Shown here piece after piece: positions 20,582-30,233 of a stretch of DNA of 64,000 nt. The notes below the pieces were generated by a model. The model did not search any database and was not told the origin of the DNA. It worked only from the letters and a program-made list of their open reading frames with translations. Source of the DNA: Gemmatimonadales bacterium (lineage in GTDB: Bacteria > Gemmatimonadota > Gemmatimonadetes > Gemmatimonadales > GWC2-71-9). Within the stretch, counting starts at the first letter, position 1. Each line of letters begins with the position of its first letter. The stretch is taken from positions 128,001-192,000 of the forward strand of contig JBBQFH010000001.1 of assembly GCA_038321865.1 (NCBI GenBank). Reading direction: 5' to 3'. The translations under genes were made by a program, and so were the position numbers.

Positions 20582-20987
20582 CGAGCTCCGCCAGCTCGCG
20601 CCGCCAAAAATCGCGGTCGGCCAGCCCGGGGTGAGGAATCTGGAGATCCGGCTCCGCCAGCCGGCGTTGACCGAATTTTACGATATCGAGGTCGAGCGTG
20701 CGCGACGCCCAGCGCTCCCGCCGATCACGCCCGGCTGCCTGCTCGAGCCGATGACACGCCACCAGGAGCTCCCGCGGCGCCAGCGTCGTCTCCAGCAGCA
20801 GCATCTGATTGAGGTACGGCGGCTGGGGCATCGCCCCGAGCGGGGCGGTCTCCTCAACCGCCGACGCGGCGACGACGCGCGTCCCCGGCAGCCGGGCCAG
20901 CCCGGCTCGTGCGGCCGCAAGATGCGCGGCGCGATCGCCGAGGTTGCTGCCCAGGGCCACGTAGACCGGCTCCGCCGTCAAGCTCAC
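20565..20987 (-). CDS. folK: 6-hydroxymethyl-7,8-dihydropterin pyrophosphokinase
   Basis: [32 protein letters not shown]. Confidence 0.94.
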   Translation of the reverse strand: MSLTAEPVYVALGSNLGDRAAHLAAARAGLARLPGTRVVAASAVEETAPLGAMPQPPYLNQMLLLETTLAPRELLVACHRLEQAAGRDRRERWASRTLDLDIVKFGQRRLAEPDLQIPHPGLADRDFWRRELAELDANER

Positions 20988-23071
20988 CCGCCAACTGCGA
21001 AGTGCGCGGCGATCGACTGCAGGTGCGCCGCCAGGGCGCTCAGCTCGCGGATGGCGTGCTCGAGGTCGCCCTGCCCGCGCGCCGCCTCCTCTGCCTGCGC
21101 TGCCAGGAGCGAGGTGTCCGCACCCATGCGTTTCGACACGTCGGCGACACGCGTGATCCGCTCGCTGAGCATCTCGAAGGCGAACTCCTGCGTCGCCGCC
21201 ATCTGGGCGATGCTTCGGGCGTGCGTACCGGCTTCCTCGGTCGCCTGCACGATGGCGTCGAACGCGCCGGCGGCGGCACCGCTGAGCTCCTCGACGCCCG
21301 CGACCGCGTCCTGCCCCAGGCGCATCTGCTGCGACACGCTGGTCACCTGGGATGTCACGTCGGCGACGAGCCCGCCGGCCTGACGGGCGGCGGCCAGGCT
21401 TTGGGTGGCCAGCTGGCGCACTTCCTCCGCCACGACCGCGAATCCCCGCCCTTCCTTCCCGGCGCGGGCCGCCTCGATCGCGGCGTTCAAGGCGATCAGG
21501 CTGGTGAGGTCCGCGATCTCGCGAATCGAGCCGATGAACCCGGTGACCCGCCGCGTCACATCGCCAAGCGCTTCGACCTGCCGCGAGCTTTCAGCCACGA
21601 AGCGCTTGAGCTCGACCAGCCGGCCGATGGCGTCCGCCACCACGGCGCGGTTGTGACTGGCCGTCTGGGTGGCCTGGGCGCTCGCGGCGGCGGCCTTGGA
21701 GCCCTGCGCGGCCATGTCGATCGACACCATGACCAGCGTGGTCGTCGCCTCGAGGCCGTCCGCCACGAAGGACTCCTGTTCCTTGACGCTGCTGCTCACG
21801 CCGCGCGACGCCTGCGTGAGCGCCGCCGCCGATGCCCGCAACGACTCGGCCGCGCTGGCGAGGGCCGCCACCTGGCGCCCGATCTGGTCCACCGTGCCCG
21901 CGAGCGGGCGCCGCAGTTCGGCGATATGGATCGCCGTCGCGATCTGCGTGGCGAGCGTGCCCAGCGCGGAGACGTCCTTCGCGCCGTAGGTGTTGCGCTT
22001 GAAGTGGTCGATCTCGACGGTCCCGAGGTAATCGTCGCCGAACCGGAGCGGATGAATGATGAGGCTTCGCACGGCATCCTCCTGCTGCGTCATCCGCGCA
22101 TCGTGCACCGTGCTCGGCACCAGCACGGGCCGTCCGGTCGAGAATGCATCGGCCCGGAGCATCTCGAGGTACGGCGGCGGCTCGCCACGGCCGGGGCGGC
22201 CCTCCCGGCTCCGGAAGACCAGCGCCGAGCGGCCGGCGGGGTCGCGCCGATAAATTCTGAAGTCGCCCCAGTCGAGCAACCGATAGCCCAGCCGCTCGAC
22301 CTGCTCCAGCGAGCCTTCGAGCGTCTCGTTGCTCGCGATCGCCACCTCCATCTGATGCACCTTGTTCAGATCCTCCGCCGCAATCGCGCCCTCCAGGATG
22401 GTCCGGGCCAGCAGTCCGAGCACGGCCAGCACCAGGGCCACCGTCACCCAGCCAACCGGCGCGAGCGAGCGCAAGGCGCCCACGATAACCAGCGTGCCGA
22501 TGAGCGTGACGAGGTAGGATACGACTTCCCACCGGAGGATCAGCAGCTGCTCGGCACCTTCGAGCTTGCTGCGCAGGACCAGCGTGAAATAAAACATCCC
22601 GCGGCTGACCGCGAAGTAGACCGCGACCAGGGTGAACGCCGCCGGCAGAAAGTCCAGTGACAGCACCGGATTGCCCGTCAGCCGGAGCACCAGCGCGTAT
22701 ACCCCGAACGAGGCGACGAACGCGATGACCTCGCGGCCGGCGTTGACCAGCGCGGCGGTCGGCGCCTTCCGGAGCCAGAGGGCATCGCACAGCGGCACCC
22801 CCAGCACCAGGGCCAGCACGACGGGCGTCGGGCCGACGCTGATCGCGCCGGCCAGCGCCGGAATGCCGGTCTGCGTCAGATACGAATACTTGCTCAGCCG
22901 GATCGGCGCTCCGCGGAGCAGCACGACGGCGGCAAACAGGGCGAGGCAGGCGATCGGCTGGTGAAGCCACCGCGTGTCGGCTGCCAGCGCGACGGCCCCG
23001 AGCAGCAAGCCGGCGATGCGGACGGTTTGCGCGTACGTCGCGAGCAGCGGCGCTACGCGCACCCGCGTCAC
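20984..23071 (-). CDS. Methyl-accepting chemotaxis protein with multi-TM N-terminal domain and cytoplasmic GAF domain
   Basis: ~7-8 hydrophobic segments (aa ~10-225), GAF-like segment ([21 protein letters not shown]...LATQIATAI), MCP tip [37 protein letters not shown]. Confidence 0.88.
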   Translation of the reverse strand: MTRVRVAPLLATYAQTVRIAGLLLGAVALAADTRWLHQPIACLALFAAVVLLRGAPIRLSKYSYLTQTGIPALAGAISVGPTPVVLALVLGVPLCDALWLRKAPTAALVNAGREVIAFVASFGVYALVLRLTGNPVLSLDFLPAAFTLVAVYFAVSRGMFYFTLVLRSKLEGAEQLLILRWEVVSYLVTLIGTLVIVGALRSLAPVGWVTVALVLAVLGLLARTILEGAIAAEDLNKVHQMEVAIASNETLEGSLEQVERLGYRLLDWGDFRIYRRDPAGRSALVFRSREGRPGRGEPPPYLEMLRADAFSTGRPVLVPSTVHDARMTQQEDAVRSLIIHPLRFGDDYLGTVEIDHFKRNTYGAKDVSALGTLATQIATAIHIAELRRPLAGTVDQIGRQVAALASAAESLRASAAALTQASRGVSSSVKEQESFVADGLEATTTLVMVSIDMAAQGSKAAAASAQATQTASHNRAVVADAIGRLVELKRFVAESSRQVEALGDVTRRVTGFIGSIREIADLTSLIALNAAIEAARAGKEGRGFAVVAEEVRQLATQSLAAARQAGGLVADVTSQVTSVSQQMRLGQDAVAGVEELSGAAAGAFDAIVQATEEAGTHARSIAQMAATQEFAFEMLSERITRVADVSKRMGADTSLLAAQAEEAARGQGDLEHAIRELSALAAHLQSIAAHFAVGG

Positions 23072-23865
23072 GGCCGCTCCTGCAATGCGGCGCGCATCGC
23101 CGAGAGGAGCTCCCTGGCCCCCTCGGCACCGGTGCGGCGAAGGGCGTCCACCAGGGCGCTGCCGACGACCACGCCGTCCGCGATCTCACCAGCCGCGGCG
23201 GCCTGGGCCGGCGTCGAAATGCCGAACCCGACCGCCACCGGCAGCGTGCTCGCGGCCCGGACGCGCGCCACGGCGGCCGGAAGCTGGTCGGACAGGCTGG
23301 CGCTGACGCCGGTCACCCCCAGGCGGGCAATCAGATAGACAAAGCCCCTCGCGTCCGCCAGCGACTGCTCGAGACGCGCCTGCGTGGTGGTCGGGGCCAC
23401 GACTCGAATCAGGGCGATCGGGCTCGCGGCGATAGCGGCCTCGATCGCCGCGTCGGCGCCCGCCGGCATATCGGTCAGCAGCAGTCCGGCCACGCCGAGG
23501 CCGTCGGCCTCGTCCAGGAAGCGGCTCACGCCGTACCGCAGGATCGGATTGAGATAGCTGAACACGACGACCGGCCGGCGCACGCGGGCCTGCCGGATGA
23601 GTCCGAGGGTCGCGGCCAGCGTCATCCCGCCGGCGAGGGCATCAAACGTGGAACGCTGAATCGTCGGGCCGTCAGCGACTGGATCGCTGAAGGGCACGCC
23701 GACCTCGATGATGTCGCCGAACTCGTCAGCCAGCCGGAGGGCGGCAACACTCCCAGCGAGATCGGGAAAGCCGGCGGTCAGGTAGGGGATCAGGGCGGCA
23801 CGGCGCTCGGACCGCACCGCGGCCCAGGCGCCGGCCAGTCCCTCGCTAGACAAAGTAGTCGCCAA
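23068..23865 (-). CDS. trpA: Tryptophan synthase alpha chain
   Basis: [53 protein letters not shown]. Confidence 0.96.
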   Translation of the reverse strand: MATTLSSEGLAGAWAAVRSERRAALIPYLTAGFPDLAGSVAALRLADEFGDIIEVGVPFSDPVADGPTIQRSTFDALAGGMTLAATLGLIRQARVRRPVVVFSYLNPILRYGVSRFLDEADGLGVAGLLLTDMPAGADAAIEAAIAASPIALIRVVAPTTTQARLEQSLADARGFVYLIARLGVTGVSASLSDQLPAAVARVRAASTLPVAVGFGISTPAQAAAAGEIADGVVVGSALVDALRRTGAEGARELLSAMRAALQERP

Positions 23866-25291
23866 CCGTCAGTCCGTAGCGGGCGGGATTGGTGACCTTG
23901 ACGATGGAGCGCGCGAAGCCGCCAGACGGGTCGACTTCGCTGAGGTTGGCGGCACGGCCGGGGGGAGCCACGATGCCGCCATCGACATCGATGACGATCC
24001 GGACCAGCGGCCGGTTGAGCTGCTGGGCATCCGGATTCATGCCGGCCACGACCGCCACCTCGAGGGTATCGAGGATCACGCAGGTACCGACGGGGTAAAT
24101 GCCGATCAGGTTGATCAGCGCCTTCACCAGAACCACATCGTAGCCCCGCTTCGGATTCTGCCACATTTCGCGCAGGACCTCGTCGGGCTCGATCGGGATC
24201 GTCTGGTAGCTGCGCCGGGTGGTGGCCGCGTCGAAGCCATCGGCGACGGCCACGATCCGGGAAAACAGCCCGAGCTGCCTCGGGCGCACCGGCGTCGGAT
24301 ACCCGGTGAGGTCCGTCTTCATGTGGTGTTCGTGCGCCACGAGTATCGACCGGTAGGGGATCTCGTCGTAGCCACGCAGGTTGAAGAGCGTAAGCGCGCC
24401 GAACCACGGATGCGCCTGCATGACGCGCCACTCCACGTCGTCCAGCCCACTCGTCTTGTTGAGAATGTCGAGCGGGATGCGCGCCTTGCCGATGTCGTGC
24501 ATGAGCGCCGTCATGCCGAGGTCGTACAGCTGCACCTTGGAAAACCCGAGCTTTTTCCCCAGCGCGACGGCGAAGATGCACACGTTCACCGAGTGGGTGA
24601 ACGTGTACTCATCGTATCCGCGGAGGGTCGTAAGCCCCATCAACGACGTCTCGTTGTTGAGCACCTGGTCCACGATCATCTGCACCGCGCGCTTCACCTT
24701 CTTGACGCTGGTCGTCCGTCCCAGCCGGATGCCGGTCACCACTTCCTTGGCGACTGCGACACCCTGCGAGTAGGTCCGCTTGGCCACCTCACGGGCCCGC
24801 TCATCGCTCGCCTCCGGGAGGGGCTGGGCCCGCAGCACGTCGAGGTGGGTGATGGCCGCCTGGTGCATCCGCTGGGCGAGCTCCTCGAACGCGTCCGCCA
24901 CTGGGCGCCCCGCCAGCGCGAGCATGATGCTGAGAAAGCCCTGCCACTCCCGCCGTTCGACCCCCGCACGGATCTGCAGCACGCCGACATCGAACGATCG
25001 GAGCAGTGTGAGGATGTGGCTGAATGAGGCGTAGTTGTCGAGCTCGAGGCGAAGTCGGGTCGAGTTGACGAAGATGAAGTCACCCGCCAGCCGCAGCTCG
25101 ACGTCCGGATCCGTCGCATGAAGCGCGCGGGTGGACTCGTCCAGATCGTCCAGCGCGCGCTGGACGGTCGCGTTCTCCAGCGGATACAGCTTGAGGCTGC
25201 GAAGCGCCGTGTAGAGCGTCAGCAGGAGCGCCCGGCCCTGCTGCCGAAGCCGACCCTCCTGGCCGCCAGACTCGGGCTGCGGGGCGGTCAC
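23846..25291 (-). CDS. HD-GYP-family phosphohydrolase with uncharacterised N-terminal domain
   Basis: DEYTFTHSVNV, MHDIGK, ILNK, HP, HEHHMKTDLTGYP, IVAVADGFDAATTRRSYQ, GIYPVGT C-terminal extension. Confidence 0.87.
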   Translation of the reverse strand: MTAPQPESGGQEGRLRQQGRALLLTLYTALRSLKLYPLENATVQRALDDLDESTRALHATDPDVELRLAGDFIFVNSTRLRLELDNYASFSHILTLLRSFDVGVLQIRAGVERREWQGFLSIMLALAGRPVADAFEELAQRMHQAAITHLDVLRAQPLPEASDERAREVAKRTYSQGVAVAKEVVTGIRLGRTTSVKKVKRAVQMIVDQVLNNETSLMGLTTLRGYDEYTFTHSVNVCIFAVALGKKLGFSKVQLYDLGMTALMHDIGKARIPLDILNKTSGLDDVEWRVMQAHPWFGALTLFNLRGYDEIPYRSILVAHEHHMKTDLTGYPTPVRPRQLGLFSRIVAVADGFDAATTRRSYQTIPIEPDEVLREMWQNPKRGYDVVLVKALINLIGIYPVGTCVILDTLEVAVVAGMNPDAQQLNRPLVRIVIDVDGGIVAPPGRAANLSEVDPSGGFARSIVKVTNPARYGLTVGDYFV

Positions 25292-26961
25292 GTCGCGCTC
25301 TCGCGCAGCGCGCGACTGACGGCGTTGCGGACGACGAGGTCTTTGTCGGCGGCGGCGCGCTCCAGCACCTCGCGCGCCTCGCGGGTCCGCACCCGCCCCA
25401 GCGCCATTGCCGCGCAGGCCCGGATTTCAGACGTTTCCTTGCCACGGAGCAGCCCCCGGGGCGCCAGCATCGCCTCCAGCACCTTGAGCGCGCTTGCGCC
25501 GCCGATGGCGCCGTAGGCCTCGAAGAACGCCATCTTTTCACTGAGATCCATGGCCCGGATCGCCTTGCCCTGCACGATGGAATCGATCCGGCGCAGGGAA
25601 TTTCGATAGCCGCGCGCGGCGAGGGTCTTCACGGCGGCGACACGCACGGCCCGATCGGCATCGTCGAGTGCGCGCTCGAGATGGGCCATGGCACCTGGAG
25701 TTCCCACCGCCGCGAGCGCATCCACCACGCCCAGCCGCAGGGCGGAATCGGCATGGGCCAGCAGCTCGCCGAGTCCGGGGACCGACGGCTGCAGCTGGAG
25801 ACGGCCGCAGACCGCGATGATCGCCGGCAGCGCCGCCGAATCCGGCGTCCGCAGCATCCGGAGCACTTCCCCGCCGTTGCTCATGGCGAGCCGGTCCGCG
25901 GCTGATTCGAGCATCCCCCGCACGTGAGCCGAGCTCAGCTGGGGGATCCAGATGAGAATTGTCTCCAGCGCCGCCGGCCGGAGCTCGCGGAGCACTTCCG
26001 CCACATCGGCATCGCCCGGGTGGGTCGCGGCCTCATCGAGCGACTGCACCAGCTGGCTCACGATCGCGGGTTCGCTCAGCTGCACCTCGAACGATTCGAG
26101 CCGTGCGCTGTGCGCCGGGTCGACATGCTCCCCCCGCTGCGTCAGCAGCCGCGCTTCGCGGAGGATCACCGCCACGGTGCGGAACTCGCCGGCATTCAGC
26201 AGGCTGGGAAACAACTGGTCGAGAATCGTCAGGATTTCGGCGCGCACGTCGGCGGCAGCCTGCTGCTCGAACAGGTCGAACAGCGCCGCGAGCGCGCTGG
26301 CCCGCACATCCCGCGCATACTCCTCCTGGACCTCGCGGACAACGTAGGCAATTTCCGCCTCGTCGAGGAAGTAGAGCGTTGAATCGAATTCCTCGAGATC
26401 GACGATGCCGCCCGGCTTGGGCGGCGTCTCCTCGGCCACCTGCGCCTGGCGGTCCGCCGCGGAGGTCTGGTCGACCTCCTGGCCCTGCCGCTCCGGAATC
26501 GGGGCGTCCCCATATGCCTCGGCGAACTGATAGCTGATGTACTGGAATTCCTCGGCCCAGATCAGCGTGAGCAGGTCGTCGGACGCGTCGGCGGGGAGGA
26601 AGCGCGCTTTCGTCACCACCTCGAGAAAGCGGCCGATCTCCTCCACCTCGACCCCGCGCCGCAGCGTCAGCACCCGGAGGCCGTCCTTGTACATGGCCCA
26701 CGCGAAGCTCTCGGACTTGCTGAGCTGCTGGTACACGACCTGGTCTTCCCAGACCAGATCGGTTTCCACGACCTGGAGCTCGAGCACATCGGTGGCGGCC
26801 CACACCGGCCCGAACGCCGCGGACACCTGCGCCACGGCGCGCTGGTATATCGGGTTGTTCGGCAGATACATCTGGAAGGCACGCATCGCCTTCATCAGGC
26901 TCGTCAACAGCTCCGAGACCTGGGAAGCGGGAAGCACGATTCCGTCGCCGGACACCGTCAC
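25288..26961 (-). CDS. HEAT-repeat (PBS-lyase-like) protein with uncharacterised N-terminal domain
   Basis: C-terminal repeats [68 protein letters not shown] overlaps trpB TGA. Confidence 0.82.
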   Translation of the reverse strand: MTVSGDGIVLPASQVSELLTSLMKAMRAFQMYLPNNPIYQRAVAQVSAAFGPVWAATDVLELQVVETDLVWEDQVVYQQLSKSESFAWAMYKDGLRVLTLRRGVEVEEIGRFLEVVTKARFLPADASDDLLTLIWAEEFQYISYQFAEAYGDAPIPERQGQEVDQTSAADRQAQVAEETPPKPGGIVDLEEFDSTLYFLDEAEIAYVVREVQEEYARDVRASALAALFDLFEQQAAADVRAEILTILDQLFPSLLNAGEFRTVAVILREARLLTQRGEHVDPAHSARLESFEVQLSEPAIVSQLVQSLDEAATHPGDADVAEVLRELRPAALETILIWIPQLSSAHVRGMLESAADRLAMSNGGEVLRMLRTPDSAALPAIIAVCGRLQLQPSVPGLGELLAHADSALRLGVVDALAAVGTPGAMAHLERALDDADRAVRVAAVKTLAARGYRNSLRRIDSIVQGKAIRAMDLSEKMAFFEAYGAIGGASALKVLEAMLAPRGLLRGKETSEIRACAAMALGRVRTREAREVLERAAADKDLVVRNAVSRALRESAT

Positions 26962-28154
26962 ACGGAGGCTCCGAGCAACGCGGCCACATGCGCCACATCC
27001 TTGTCTCCCCGGCCGCTGAGGCAGACCAACGCCAGGTCGCCTGGATCGGCACCGGGCTGGCTCAGCCAGGCGAGGGCGTGAGCCGTTTCCAGCGCCGGGA
27101 TGATCCCCTCGGTCCGGCACAGTAGCTGGAACCCGTCCAGTGCCTCGCGATCGGTTGCCGACCCGTAGCGCACGCGACCGGACTCACGCAGGAAGCTGTG
27201 CTCGGGGCCGACCCCCGGGTAATCCAGCCCGGCGGAAATGGAGTGAGCTTCCTGCACCTGGCCATCGCTGTCCTGCAGCAGGTAGCTCAGGCTGCCGTGC
27301 AGCACCCCCGGCACCCCGCGCTGCAGCGTGGCGCTATGGTGACCGGTGCCGAGTCCTTCGCCCGCCGCTTCGACACCCACGAGTCCCACCTCCGGGTCAT
27401 CCAGAAATCCCGCGAAGATGCCCATCGCGTTGGAGCCACCACCCAAGCAGGCCACGACCGAGCTCGGCAGCCGGCCGAAGCGCGCCAACATCTGCTCCCG
27501 CGCTTCTCGGCCGATGATCGACTGGAAATCCCGCACCATGCGCGGAAAAGGGTCCGGCCCGACCACGGAGCCGATGATGTAGTGCGTGGTGGGTACGTTG
27601 GTGACCCAGTCGCGGAGGGCCTCGTTGGTCGCGTCCTTGAGCGTCCGCGTTCCCGATTCGACCGGGACCACGGTCGCCCCGAGCAGCTGCATCCGATAGA
27701 CGTTGAGCCGCTGCCGGCTGATGTCATCGCTGCCCATGTACACCGTGCAGTCGAGCCCGAACCGCGCACACACCGTCGCCGTGGCGACCCCGTGCTGACC
27801 CGCGCCGGTCTCGGCGATGATGCGCCGCTTCCCCATCCGCCGGGCCAGAAGCGCCTGGCCGACGGTGTTATTGATCTTGTGCGCGCCGGTGTGATTGAGA
27901 TCCTCGCGCTTCAGCAGCACCCGCGTGCCGACCGCGGCACCGAACCGCGCCGCCTCGGTGATCGGCGTGGGCCTCCCGACAAACTCGGCCAGCAACGCCT
28001 CGCATTCCTCCCAGAAGCCGGCATCGACGCGAACCGCGTCATACAGCAGCGCGAGCTGGTCCAGCGCCGCCACGAGCGTCTCGGGGACATAGCGCCCGCC
28101 GAACGGCCCGAAGCGTCCGCCGACCGCCGTTTCGGGACGGAGCGTCGTGATCAA
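26958..28154 (-). CDS. trpB: Tryptophan synthase beta chain
   Basis: [59 protein letters not shown]. Confidence 0.97.
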   Translation of the reverse strand: MITTLRPETAVGGRFGPFGGRYVPETLVAALDQLALLYDAVRVDAGFWEECEALLAEFVGRPTPITEAARFGAAVGTRVLLKREDLNHTGAHKINNTVGQALLARRMGKRRIIAETGAGQHGVATATVCARFGLDCTVYMGSDDISRQRLNVYRMQLLGATVVPVESGTRTLKDATNEALRDWVTNVPTTHYIIGSVVGPDPFPRMVRDFQSIIGREAREQMLARFGRLPSSVVACLGGGSNAMGIFAGFLDDPEVGLVGVEAAGEGLGTGHHSATLQRGVPGVLHGSLSYLLQDSDGQVQEAHSISAGLDYPGVGPEHSFLRESGRVRYGSATDREALDGFQLLCRTEGIIPALETAHALAWLSQPGADPGDLALVCLSGRGDKDVAHVAALLGASV

Positions 28155-28777
28155 GCGATCGCCTCCAGGAATCGGACGACCCGGGCCGGATCCTTGACTC
28201 CGGCGCGGAATTCGACGCCGGAACTTACATCGACGACCTCCGGTCGAACGAGGGCTGCCGCCGCCCGAACCGAGTCGGGCTCGAGTCCGCCCGCGAGCAC
28301 CATTCGCCTGCCTGCGAGCAATCGGCGGGCCTCGAGCGCCAGCTCCAGTGCCAGTGGCACGCCGGCTCCGCCCTCGGCGTAGCCCACCCGCGCCTCAACC
28401 AGGACCGCATCGGCGCCCTCGGCGGCCTCGGGCAGCATCCGGAGGTCTGCGGCGTCCGCTACACGGACTACGCGCCACACGATCAGCCCTTCACGGGCGA
28501 GAGCTCTGGCATCCGCTACACGGTAGCGCCCATGCAGCTGCGCTCCGCGAAGACCCGCCTCGTCCCTCACCCGCAGGATCGTGGAGGTGGGCTGGGCGCC
28601 GAACACGCCGAACACGGGAACTGATCCTGCGGCCTGGACGATCCCGCGAGCGGCCGATGCGTCGACCAGCCGGGGTCCGCTGGCGAAGACGACGCCCAGA
28701 TACGACGCGCCCGCCGTCACCGCAGCGGCAGCGTCGGCGGCCCGAGTCAGGCCGCAAATCTTCACTTCAACGGCCAT
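28151..28777 (-). CDS. trpF: Phosphoribosylanthranilate isomerase
   Basis: [32 protein letters not shown]. Confidence 0.93.
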   Translation of the reverse strand: MAVEVKICGLTRAADAAAAVTAGASYLGVVFASGPRLVDASAARGIVQAAGSVPVFGVFGAQPTSTILRVRDEAGLRGAQLHGRYRVADARALAREGLIVWRVVRVADAADLRMLPEAAEGADAVLVEARVGYAEGGAGVPLALELALEARRLLAGRRMVLAGGLEPDSVRAAAALVRPEVVDVSSGVEFRAGVKDPARVVRFLEAIA

Positions 28778-29552
28778 GTCGTGGCACGGTGGCGAGCTGC
28801 TGCAGCAGGGGCGCGGGGTCAGCCAGCGCGCTCAGAGCTCCGCCGATGAGCACGGCATCCGCGCCCGCATCGGCGGCCCGGGCAACGTCCGCGCGCGTCG
28901 CCATCCCGCTCTCCGCCACGGCGAGCCGCTCCGAAGGGATCGTGCTCAGCAAGCGCCAGGCCGCAGGCGTGTCCACGGCGAACGTATCGAGATTCCGGCT
29001 GTTGACACCGATTATCGCGGCACCGACCTCGAGCGCACGCCCCAGCTCCGTTGCATCGTGCACTTCTACGAGCACATCGAGACCCACCCGCTCCGCCTCC
29101 CGGCTGAGGGCGCGCAGCCGCTCGTCGGAGAGCGCACGCACGATCAGCAGCACGGCTGATGCCCCGGCAATTCGCGCTTCAAGCAGCTGCTCCTCGAACA
29201 GGACAAAGTCCTTCCGGAGCAGCGGGATCGCCACCCGGTCCGCGACGGCCCGCAAATCGGCGAGCGAGCCGCCGAAGAACGGACCGTCGGTGAGGACCGA
29301 AATCGCAGCCGCGCCGTGCGCCGCGTACCGGGCGGCGTGCGCCACGGGGTCGAGTCCGGGCTGAATCTCGCCGCGGGACGGCGAGCGCCGCTTCACTTCC
29401 GCCACGACGGCGACTGGCCCGGCGCGCAGCGCCTGGGCGAATGAACGGCCGTGCGGCGCTGCAGATGCCGCCCGCTCCAGTTCGCCACGGCGTGCTCGGA
29501 GCCCGGCTTCCCGCCCCCGCGTTGCCTCCAGAATCGTCTCGAGTGTCGACAC
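28767..29552 (-). CDS. trpC: Indole-3-glycerol phosphate synthase
   Basis: AEVKRRSPSRG, ISVLTD, LRKDF, LVEVH, GVNSRNL, AESG. Confidence 0.95.
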   Translation of the reverse strand: MSTLETILEATRGREAGLRARRGELERAASAAPHGRSFAQALRAGPVAVVAEVKRRSPSRGEIQPGLDPVAHAARYAAHGAAAISVLTDGPFFGGSLADLRAVADRVAIPLLRKDFVLFEEQLLEARIAGASAVLLIVRALSDERLRALSREAERVGLDVLVEVHDATELGRALEVGAAIIGVNSRNLDTFAVDTPAAWRLLSTIPSERLAVAESGMATRADVARAADAGADAVLIGGALSALADPAPLLQQLATVPRHGR

Positions 29553-29581
29553 TTGCCCTTCGGTCGCCTTTCGGGTATCGT
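29553..29581 (+). promoter_or_regulatory. Putative sigma70-type lexA promoter TTGCCC-N17-TATCGT (a minus-strand TACGAT at 29577-29582 overlaps it)
   Basis: Exact 17-nt spacing; AGGAG SD precedes lexA ATG 29624. Confidence 0.6.
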
Positions 29582-29599
29582 AGTTCGGGCTCTATTCGG
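29558..29599. promoter_or_regulatory. Two candidate LexA operators: CTTC-N7-TTTCGG (29558-29574) and GTTC-N7-ATTCGG (29583-29599)
   Basis: Four TTCGG units in two 11-bp-period pairs flanking the -10; geometry matches the GTTC-N7-GTTC LexA box known from Alphaproteobacteria/Acidobacteria. Confidence 0.55.
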
Positions 29600-29623
29600 T
29601 CACATGCAGCAGGAGAATAACGG

Positions 29624-30232
29624 ATGCCCCTGACCAAGCGGCAAAGCGAGATTCTGGCGTATCTCCAGACGCATATCAGCGGGCAGGGCTACGCGCCCAG
29701 CTTCGAGGAGATCGCGGAGCAGTTCGGGTTCCAGTCGCTCGCCACCGTCCACGAGCACCTGACGAACCTCGAGCGGAAGGGCTACATCCGCCGCTCGTAC
29801 AACGAGAGCCGCTCCATCGAGGTGCTCCCGCCGCGCGGCACCAGCTCGGCGACGGAGATTCCGCTGCTTGGCAAAGTGGCCGCCGGCATGCCGATCGAAT
29901 CATTGATGCATCAGGAGATGCTGGCCGTCCCCGAGGCGATGCTACCGCGGCGCGGCCCCAACTTCGCCCTCCAGGTGCAAGGATCGTCGATGATCGACGA
30001 GCACATCATCGACGGCGATTTCGTGGTGGTGCATGGCAAACAGTCCGCCGAGAACGGCGAAATGGTCATCGCCCTGGTCAACGGGGCCGAGGCAACGGTG
30101 AAGAAGTTTTATCGCGAGGCCGGCGGATGGATCCGCCTCCAGCCCGCGAACGCGACGATGCAGCCGATGCGGTATCAGGAACGCGACGTGCTCATCCAGG
30201 GCATCGTCGTCGGCGTCATCCGCAAATACTGA
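29624..30232 (+). CDS. lexA: SOS repressor LexA
   Basis: LTKRQSEIL, PSFEEI, HLTNLERKGYI wHTH; VAAG cleavage site; GSSM catalytic Ser; ATVKK catalytic Lys. Confidence 0.96.
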   Translation: MPLTKRQSEILAYLQTHISGQGYAPSFEEIAEQFGFQSLATVHEHLTNLERKGYIRRSYNESRSIEVLPPRGTSSATEIPLLGKVAAGMPIESLMHQEMLAVPEAMLPRRGPNFALQVQGSSMIDEHIIDGDFVVVHGKQSAENGEMVIALVNGAEATVKKFYREAGGWIRLQPANATMQPMRYQERDVLIQGIVVGVIRKY

Positions 30233-30233
30233 G

